From NCBI GenBank assembly GCA_963840545.1, contig CAWIZE010000002.1:1631573-1663572 (forward strand): a stretch of DNA of 32,000 bases, read 5' to 3'. Position numbers and translations under genes: made by a program. Positions 16,609 to 22,930 of this stretch are shown in pieces. The stretch is from an uncultured Pseudomonadota bacterium. Its GTDB lineage: Bacteria; Pseudomonadota; Alphaproteobacteria; Acetobacterales; Acetobacteraceae. The notes beneath the pieces were generated by a model. It was not told the origin of the DNA. It made no database searches and saw nothing but the letters and a program-made list of their open reading frames with translations. How positions within the stretch are numbered: the first letter of the stretch is position 1; the number at the start of each line of letters is the position of its first letter.

Positions 16609-18000
16609 CTATGGCCCGAGGATCGAGATCACGCTCGGGGCCGGCAAGGTTTTCGCCGAGGTGTTGAGTGCGAGAAGCTGGAGCACGATCTCCATCACCT
16701 CGGACGAGCGGTCGGCGCCGGAAGGATCGATCGAGATGCAATAGCGCGTGCCGTCATAGGCGACGCCGATCTCGCCCGCGATGCCGGTGCAGTCCTCCCG
16801 CACCAGGAACAGCCGGTCGGTTCCGAGCCCGGTGCCGATCTGCGGCGGCGCGAGCCTCTGGCTGACGCCGATATCGAGCTCGCCGCGCGCCAGCTCGCCG
16901 AGATAATAGATGATGCCCTCGACCGAGCGGACGGTGAAATTGACCTGCAACGTCACGGTCCGGGTCGTGCCGTCGGCAGTGCGGACCAGGGCGGGAAAAC
17001 AATTCGCCGGCTCGGCATAGGCGTGGCGCTCGGTGGCCTTCATCCGGAGATAGGGCGACGCGCCGCAGCGCTCGGCGGCGGCCTCCACGGCGCCGGCGGA
17101 GGCGCCAAGCGGCGGGCCGATGATCGTATCGCCGGGCGGCAGCACGCCGAGCGCGATGAGCGTCCGGCTCGCCGCCGGCAGGGCCTGGAGATCGGGATCG
17201 ATGCAGAACCGGCTCTCCCGGGTCGTCTGCTGGAGGCGGAAATATTCCGTCACGCCGCGGCGGGCGAGCTCGGCCTTCTCGCTCGCCGTGAGATCGGGGT
17301 CGGAGGTCGTGGTGAAGCGCTTGAGCGCGGCGCCCTCGGCCAGTGGCGCCAGCGCGCGCAGGCTCGCGATATCCGCCGCGGGAATCGGCGGGCCGACATT
17401 GGTGATGGTCTTGACCACCTCGGAGCTGAGGCCAAGATCGGCGAGCGCGCCGACCACCTGCTCGAAATTGCTGTAATGGTCGCCGAAATAGTTATTGTAG
17501 AAGGCCAGCGGCGTATCGTCGTTCAAGGCGATGTCGATGCGGCCGATCACCAGGGTGAGCAGCAACGCCTTCGGGAAGCCCTGCTCGAGGTAATAGTCGA
17601 TGCTGGTGATCGGGATCGGAGAGAGGATGCCCTGGTAGAATTCCTGCGTGTCGAGATTGGCGACGCTGAAGGCCTGGGTGCCGCTGAGCGTGGCCGCCGG
17701 GCTTGCCGTGTCGGCGTGGGGGAAGGTGGCCGGGCTCGGGCTGAAGGGCAAACTGAAGGCGGCGGTACCGGAGAGCGAGGTCTGGCCCGTGACCTGCGTG
17801 AAATCGGTGAACTGCAGCGGCTCGCGATAGGCGGCGCGCATCACGTTGAGCATCAGCACGCTCTCCTTGATGTCCTCCGCCTGCTGGTTGTAGGCGATCG
17901 CGCGCGGAGCGAAGTAGTCGACGACCTCGCAGCCGGTGAGCGCGAGCAGCGCAGGCAGCAGAAGCAGGGCGATTGGCCCCCATCGCCTTCTCTTCCCCAT
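16609..18000 (-). CDS. lipoprotein of unknown function (no family recognised)
   Basis: MGKRRRWGPIALLLLPALLALTGC is a basic n-region, a hydrophobic core and an L-T-G-C lipobox. The mature part has 5 further Cys residues and no TM segment. It is the first gene of the three-gene operon. Confidence 0.75.
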   Translation of the reverse strand: MGKRRRWGPIALLLLPALLALTGCEVVDYFAPRAIAYNQQAEDIKESVLMLNVMRAAYREPLQFTDFTQVTGQTSLSGTAAFSLPFSPSPATFPHADTASPAATLSGTQAFSVANLDTQEFYQGILSPIPITSIDYYLEQGFPKALLLTLVIGRIDIALNDDTPLAFYNNYFGDHYSNFEQVVGALADLGLSSEVVKTITNVGPPIPAADIASLRALAPLAEGAALKRFTTTSDPDLTASEKAELARRGVTEYFRLQQTTRESRFCIDPDLQALPAASRTLIALGVLPPGDTIIGPPLGASAGAVEAAAERCGASPYLRMKATERHAYAEPANCFPALVRTADGTTRTVTLQVNFTVRSVEGIIYYLGELARGELDIGVSQRLAPPQIGTGLGTDRLFLVREDCTGIAGEIGVAYDGTRYCISIDPSGADRSSEVMEIVLQLLALNTSAKTLPAPSVISILGP

Positions 18001-18330
18001 CGCCCCCTCGTTTCATTGCCGCCCGGGATTCACGCGGGGCTGCAATCGTATCGAGCGTGGCATGGCCTTCTCCGCGCTGGCAAGGCCGGCGCAGGCGGGC
18101 CGGGCCGCCCTCGCGCAGGCGTGAGAGAAGCATGGGCGTCGGGCGGCCGCGGACAATCATTCGCCGACAACCAAGGGTTGCCGGCGCGGCGTCGCGGCCC
18201 CCTCTTGCGCCCCGCTCCGATCAGGTAAAGAAGGCGGGGTCGCGCAATTCGGCGACACCGGGAGCGGCCTCATGCTCGACCACGGCCACCGCGCGCGGCA
18301 AGACGATGCCCGCCCGCCCGCGACCTCGCC

Positions 18331-19032
18331 GTGAGCGCGATTCCCTATCGCGCCGCGCTGATCGTCGGCGCCGGCACGGGCATCAGCGCCTCGCTCGCCC
18401 GCGCCCTCGCCGCCGCGGGCCTCGGCGTCGGGCTCGCCGCGCGCAACGTGGAAAAACTCGCCCCGCTCGCCGCCGCGACCGGGGCCCATCTCTTCGCCGC
18501 CGACGCGGCGGACGCGGACGAGGTGGCGCGGCTTTTCGCCGCCGCCGAGGCGAAGCTCGGCACGCCGGATGTCGTCATCTACAACGCCTCGGCGCGCGCC
18601 CAGGGCTCGCTCGTCGAGCTCGATCCCGAGGCGGTGCGCCGAGCGATCGCCGTCACCGCGTTCGGCGGCTTCCTCGTCGCCCGCGAGGCCGCACGGCGCA
18701 TGGTGCCGCGCGGCAGCGGCGCGATCTTCTTCACCGGCGCGACCGCGAGCGTGAAAGGCTTCTCCGGATCGGCAGCCTTCGCGATGGGAAAATTCGCGCT
18801 GCGCGGGCTGGCCGAGAGCGCGGCGCGCGAGCTCGGGCCGAAAGCCATCCACGTCGCCCACTTCGTGATCGACGGCGCGGTGCGCAGCGCACGCCGCCCC
18901 GACCCGCCCGAGCGGCCGGACAGCACGCTCGACCCCGACGCGATCGCCGGGGTTTATCTCGCGACGCTCGCCCAGCCGCGCAGCGCCTGGGCCTTCGAGG
19001 TTGCGCTCCGGCCCTGGGTCGAGAGCTTCTGA
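18331..19032 (+). CDS. short-chain dehydrogenase/reductase (SDR) family oxidoreductase
   Basis: GTG start. ALIVGAGTGISASLARALAAAG (TGxxxGxG-like)...NASA...TGATASVKGFSGSAAFAMGKFALRGLAES (YxxxK position carried by M/K variants). Confidence 0.8.
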   Translation: MSAIPYRAALIVGAGTGISASLARALAAAGLGVGLAARNVEKLAPLAAATGAHLFAADAADADEVARLFAAAEAKLGTPDVVIYNASARAQGSLVELDPEAVRRAIAVTAFGGFLVAREAARRMVPRGSGAIFFTGATASVKGFSGSAAFAMGKFALRGLAESAARELGPKAIHVAHFVIDGAVRSARRPDPPERPDSTLDPDAIAGVYLATLAQPRSAWAFEVALRPWVESF

Positions 19033-19157
19033 CCAGGTCCAGGGGCCGGGCCCCTGCCAGGGGCTGGGCCCCTGGACCCCCCAAATGCGCTGCGCGGCAC
19101 AAGGTTGCTGCGCGGCACAGGATACGGGGGTCCAGGGCCCCAGGCCCTGGTGGGGGC
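19033..19157. repeat. composite REP-like element, copy B: about 125 bp, imperfect palindrome built from three GC hairpins and a duplicated gctgcgcggcac core
   Basis: Hairpins caggggcc-g-ggcccctg (19041-19057), ccaggggc-tgg-gcccctgg (19057-19075) and ccagggcc-cca-ggccctgg (19132-19150). The core gctgcgcggcac occurs at 19089-19100 and 19107-19118. The element fills the whole convergent intergenic gap. Confidence 0.8.
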
Positions 19158-20108
19158 TTACTTGCCGAGATCCGCCTCGTCCCCGGCGAGGTGAAGGGCG
19201 AGCGCCATCAGCCGGCGGTCGCGCCATTGCTGGCGTTCGGCGAGGCGCGCGCGCGGAACCTTGCGGGCGAGCTCGGTTTCGATGCGTTCCGCAAGTGCAC
19301 CGGACCAGGGCACCGGCTCGGCCTGCGATTTCGCGAGGTGGCGATAGAGGCCCTCGTAGCGGGCGATGTAGTCGGCCACACCGCCGGGCGCGTTGAGGTC
19401 GATGGTCTCGAACGGCCCCATGAACGCCCAGCGGAGCCCGATGCCCTTGCAGATGCCGGCATCCACATCCGCGGCCGAGGCGTAGCCGTCGGCGACAAGG
19501 CGGAAGGCCTCCTGGAGCAGCGCGCCCTGGAGGCGGTTCATGATGAAGCCGTCGAGCTCGCGGCGCATGACGATCGGGACCTGGCCGATGCCGCTCATCA
19601 GCGCGCGCGTGCGCTCGATGATTGCGGGATCGGTCCAGGGCGCGGGCACCAGCTCGACCGCGGGGACGAGGTAGGGCGGATTGATGGGATGGACGACGAG
19701 GCAGCGCTGTCGGCCGGAGAGCGTTGCGGTGAAGCGGGAGGGCAGGATGGCGGAGCTCGAGCTGGCGAGCACGGCGCCGGGGGCGGCCGCTTCGTCGAGC
19801 CGGGCGAAGATCGCGCGCTTGGCCTCAGGATTTTCCGGGACGTTCTCCTGGACGTGGGCGGCGTTCTCGAGCGCGGCGGCGATCGTTTCGACGCCGGCGA
19901 TGCGGCCGATCACGGCGGCGGCGCCCTGGCCCGCGAGCATTCCGCGTGCTGCGAGATCGGCGATGAGATCGGCGGCGGCGCGGAGCGTTTCGCCGACCAT
20001 GGCGGGATCGCTGTCATAGAGCGCCACGTCGCACCCGCCGCGGGCGAAGGTGATGGCCCAGGCGCGGCCGATCAGGCCGGCGCCGATGATCGCGATTTTG
20101 TCCGGCAT
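19158..20108 (-). CDS. 3-hydroxyacyl-CoA dehydrogenase-family NAD-binding protein (L-carnitine-dehydrogenase-like)
   Basis: MPDKIAIIGAGLIGRAWAITFARGGCDVALYDSD is the Rossmann N-terminus of the HBD family. The C-terminal half also fits. The gene lies 11 nt downstream of a BKACE gene. Confidence 0.8.
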   Translation of the reverse strand: MPDKIAIIGAGLIGRAWAITFARGGCDVALYDSDPAMVGETLRAAADLIADLAARGMLAGQGAAAVIGRIAGVETIAAALENAAHVQENVPENPEAKRAIFARLDEAAAPGAVLASSSSAILPSRFTATLSGRQRCLVVHPINPPYLVPAVELVPAPWTDPAIIERTRALMSGIGQVPIVMRRELDGFIMNRLQGALLQEAFRLVADGYASAADVDAGICKGIGLRWAFMGPFETIDLNAPGGVADYIARYEGLYRHLAKSQAEPVPWSGALAERIETELARKVPRARLAERQQWRDRRLMALALHLAGDEADLGK

Positions 20109-20119
20109 CGCATGAGTCC

Positions 20120-21109
20120 CTAGAAGTTCACGCGGTCGGCGCCTTTGAGGGCAAGGATTTCCCGGGCTTCGTCGGGCGTGGCGATGCCAAGGCCCAGCCC
20201 CGCGATGATCTGGCGCACCGCGCGGACCTGCTCGGCGCTCGATTGCGCGAGCTTGCCGGGGCCGATCCAGAGCGAATCCTCGAGCCCGACGCGGACATTG
20301 CCGCCCATCGCCGCCGCCTCGGCCGCGATCGGGAGCTGGTTGCGCCCGGCGCCGAGGACGGACCAGCGGTACTGCGCGCCGAACAGCCGGTCGGCGGTGC
20401 GTTTCATATGCATCACGTCCTCGGGATGCGGGCCGATGCCGCCGAGGATTCCGAACACGGTCTGGACGAAGAGCGGCGGCGTCACCAGGCCGCGCTCGAG
20501 GAAGTGGTGGAGATTGTAGAGGTGGCCCACGTCATAGCATTCGAACTCGAAGCGCGTGCCGGCATCGCTCAGCGTGCGGAGCACGAACTCGATGTCCTGG
20601 AAGGTGTTGCGGAAGATGAGGTCGCGGGAATTCTCGAGATGCTCGCGCTCCCAGGGGTGGCGGAACTCCTTGAAACGGGCGAGCATGGGGAAAAGCCCGA
20701 AATTCATCGAGCCCATGTTGAGCGAGGCGATCTCCGGCTTGAAGGAAGCGGCCGGCTGCACGCGCTCCTGCACGGTCATGTACGGAGCGCCGCCCGTGGT
20801 CAGGTTCACCACCGCGCCGGTGCGCTGCTTGATGCGCGAGAGGAAGCGCCCGAAGGCTTCGGGCGACTGGTCGGGCTTGCCGGTCTCGGGGTTGCGTGCG
20901 TGCAGGTGCACGATCGCCGCGCCCGCCTCGGCGGCACCGATCGCGGCCTGCGCGATCTCGTCGGGAGTGACCGGGAGGTGGGGGGACATGCTCGGGGTAT
21001 GGATCGCGCCGGTGATCGCGCAGGTGATGATGACTTTGCGCTCCCGGGCTGGGCGCTCCCGGGCTGGGCGCTCCCGGGCTGGGTGTTCTCGGGCGGGGGA
21101 TTGTTCCAC
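20120..21109 (-). CDS. beta-keto acid cleavage enzyme (BKACE / 3-keto-5-aminohexanoate cleavage, DUF849) family
   Basis: KVIITCAITGAIHTPSMSPHLPVTPDEIAQAAIGAAEAGAAIVHLHARNPETGKP...VNLTTGG matches the BKACE TIM-barrel pattern. GTG start at 21109. The N-terminus carries a repeat-encoded extension. Confidence 0.85.
   Translation of the reverse strand: MEQSPAREHPARERPARERPARERKVIITCAITGAIHTPSMSPHLPVTPDEIAQAAIGAAEAGAAIVHLHARNPETGKPDQSPEAFGRFLSRIKQRTGAVVNLTTGGAPYMTVQERVQPAASFKPEIASLNMGSMNFGLFPMLARFKEFRHPWEREHLENSRDLIFRNTFQDIEFVLRTLSDAGTRFEFECYDVGHLYNLHHFLERGLVTPPLFVQTVFGILGGIGPHPEDVMHMKRTADRLFGAQYRWSVLGAGRNQLPIAAEAAAMGGNVRVGLEDSLWIGPGKLAQSSAEQVRAVRQIIAGLGLGIATPDEAREILALKGADRVNF
21038..21097. repeat. 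15-bp in-frame tandem repeat (gcgctcccgggctgg x3 plus one degenerate unit), encoding (PARER)n at the BKACE N-terminus
   Basis: Identical units at 21038-21052, 21053-21067 and 21068-21082. A diverged unit lies at 21083-21097. Confidence 0.9.
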
Positions 21110-21145
21110 TGTCGTCGTTCCTCTTTCCTGAATTCGTCTCGGGAT

Positions 21146-22018
21146 TCAGCCGGCGAAGCGGGGTTCGGGGAGGCCGCGCACGCCGAGATCGCGGATGGCG
21201 AAGAGCGAGCCGCGCAGCACGCCGTCGCCGGGAAAGCGCGGCAGCGGCGGCCTGGCCATGCTGGTGACGAAGAGAATATCGAGACCGGGGCCGCCGAACG
21301 CGACGCTCGTCACCTTCTTCACCGGCATCTCGATCACCCGGTCCACGCTGCCGTCCGGCCGGTAGCGCACGATCCTGCCGACATAGACCTGGGCGCTCCA
21401 GACGCAGCCTTCCGCATCCACCGTAGCGCCATCGAACCCGCCGCCATCGTCGGGGCGGGTGCAGAAGGTGCGCTTGTTGGTCGCGGTGCCGCTCTTCTGG
21501 TCGTAATCATAGGCCGAGATCGCGCCCGACCAGGTGTCGGAGAAGTAGAAGATGCGGCCGTCCGGGCTCCAGCACGGTCCGTTGCTGACGATGATGCCGG
21601 TATCGACGGTCTTTACGGTGAGGTCGGGGGCGAGGGAATAGAGGGCGCCGTTGGGGCCTTCTTCCATCGTGTCCATCGAGCCCGCGACGAAGCGGCCCAT
21701 CTTGTCCACCTTGCCGTCGTTGAGGCGGTTGTTGGGCTTGTCCGGCTCGGGATCGTGGATCAGGGAAATTTCGCCGGTCTTGAAGTCGAGCGCATGGAAG
21801 CCGCGGGCAAGGGAAAGAATTGCGCCGCCGGATTCTCGCAGGCACATCGAGCCGATCTTTTGCGGGAGATCCCAGGCGCGGACCTCGCGTCCGTCGGCGG
21901 TGGCGCGGAAGACGCGGCCATCGAAGCTGTCGACCCAGTAGAGGCGCTCTTCCGCGACATCCCAGAGGGGACCTTCGCCGAGCGTGGTCTTCACGTCCAC
22001 CAGCACGTCGATGCGCAT
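21146..22018 (-). CDS. SMP-30/gluconolactonase/LRE-family lactonase
   Basis: LGEGPLWDVAEERLYWVDSFDGRVFR...NRLNDGKVDKMGRFVAGSM...SNGPCWSPDGRIFYFSDT...DGATVDAEGCVWSA...TSVAFGGPGLDILFVTS are the classic six-blade propeller motifs. Confidence 0.9.
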   Translation of the reverse strand: MRIDVLVDVKTTLGEGPLWDVAEERLYWVDSFDGRVFRATADGREVRAWDLPQKIGSMCLRESGGAILSLARGFHALDFKTGEISLIHDPEPDKPNNRLNDGKVDKMGRFVAGSMDTMEEGPNGALYSLAPDLTVKTVDTGIIVSNGPCWSPDGRIFYFSDTWSGAISAYDYDQKSGTATNKRTFCTRPDDGGGFDGATVDAEGCVWSAQVYVGRIVRYRPDGSVDRVIEMPVKKVTSVAFGGPGLDILFVTSMARPPLPRFPGDGVLRGSLFAIRDLGVRGLPEPRFAG

Positions 22019-22139
22019 GACGCTCTCCTTCGTTCAGCCAGGTGCGCGGGCTGCCCGAGCCGCGTCCCGGAGCGGGCCTTCGCCGAGCTCGTTCCGCGCC
22101 CCGAGCAGCAATTCGATCCGGACCAACGCGGGCCTCTCC

Positions 22140-22913
22140 TCAGAGCGTCTCGACATTGCCGCAGACGCCGATCGACTGGCCGGAGATGTTGCGGCCGAGC
22201 GGCGAGGCGAGGAAGAGGACCATTTGTGCCACGTCGTCCGCCGTCACCATGCGGCGAAGCGAGACCTTCTCGAGATACTGCGTCTCCATCTCGGTGTAGG
22301 AGAGGCCGAGCTGTGCCGCGCGGGCGCGGATCACGCCCTCGATCCGCGGTCCCTTGACGATGCCGGGCAGGATCGCGTTGACCGCGATGCCCGCCGGGCC
22401 GAGCTCTTTGGCGAGGCTCCGGGTGAAGCCGATGACGCCCCATTTCGCGGCCGAATAGGGCGTGCGGTAGGCGTAGCCGTGGCGGCCGGCGGCAGAGGAC
22501 ATGTTGACGATGGCGCCGCCGCCGGCCTGCTTCAGCAGCGGCACGGCGCGGCGCGTGCAGAGGAACTGGCCGGTGAGGTCGATATCGATGCAGCGTCGCC
22601 AGGCGGCGGGATCGATCTCCTCGACCGCGCCGGTCGGGCCGGCGATGCCGGCATTGTTGACGAGCACGTCGAGCCCGCCGAGCGTGCGGGCGGCCTCGGC
22701 GAACAGAAAATCGACCTGGGCTTCGTCGGCGACGTCGGCGCGCGTCGTGCCGACGCCGAGCGCGCGGCCGGTGGCGGCGAGTGCGGCTTCATCGACATCG
22801 CAGATATGCACGCGTGCGCCGGCGCCCACCAGGGCGGCGACGATGGCGAGCCCGATCCCGCCGGCGCCGGCGGTGACGACGATTCGCCGGCCCTCGGCCT
22901 GCGGTCCCGCCAT
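22140..22913 (-). CDS. SDR-family oxidoreductase (sugar/alcohol dehydrogenase-like)
   Basis: ATG at 22913 after GGGAGGAAAACC. IVVTAGAGGIGLAIV...NNAGIAGP...MSSAAGRHGYAYRTPYSAAKWGVIGFT carries the TGxxxGxG, NNAG and YxxxK motifs. Confidence 0.9.
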   Translation of the reverse strand: MAGPQAEGRRIVVTAGAGGIGLAIVAALVGAGARVHICDVDEAALAATGRALGVGTTRADVADEAQVDFLFAEAARTLGGLDVLVNNAGIAGPTGAVEEIDPAAWRRCIDIDLTGQFLCTRRAVPLLKQAGGGAIVNMSSAAGRHGYAYRTPYSAAKWGVIGFTRSLAKELGPAGIAVNAILPGIVKGPRIEGVIRARAAQLGLSYTEMETQYLEKVSLRRMVTADDVAQMVLFLASPLGRNISGQSIGVCGNVETL

Positions 22914-22930
22914 GGTTTTCCTCCCTTCGG

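Noticed and set aside
16592-16741. Longer N-terminus (ATG at 16741) for the RCK/RyR protein
   Set aside because: It would overlap the lipoprotein gene by 133 nt and add a charged, non-hydrophobic leader. The GTG at 16591 sits 17 nt after the upstream stop and immediately precedes TM1. This is not excluded without experimental data.
14567-16744. 725-aa plus-strand ORF antisense to the RCK/RyR gene
   Set aside because: It has no domain signal and a Gly/Arg/Glu/Ala-rich composition. The opposite strand carries clear GxGxxG and RyR motifs.
18001-18330. Searched the operon's upstream region for a sigma-54 or other obvious promoter or operator
   Set aside because: No TGGCAC-N5-TTGC match and no convincing -35/-10 pair was found by eye, so no promoter is reported.
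12553-19157. Interpreting the inverted REP-like copies as terminal inverted repeats of a transposon
   Set aside because: The block contains no transposase, integrase or recombinase, and I could identify no target-site duplication. Both copies sit exactly in convergent intergenic gaps, as ordinary REP or terminator elements do. It is kept only as a low-probability alternative.
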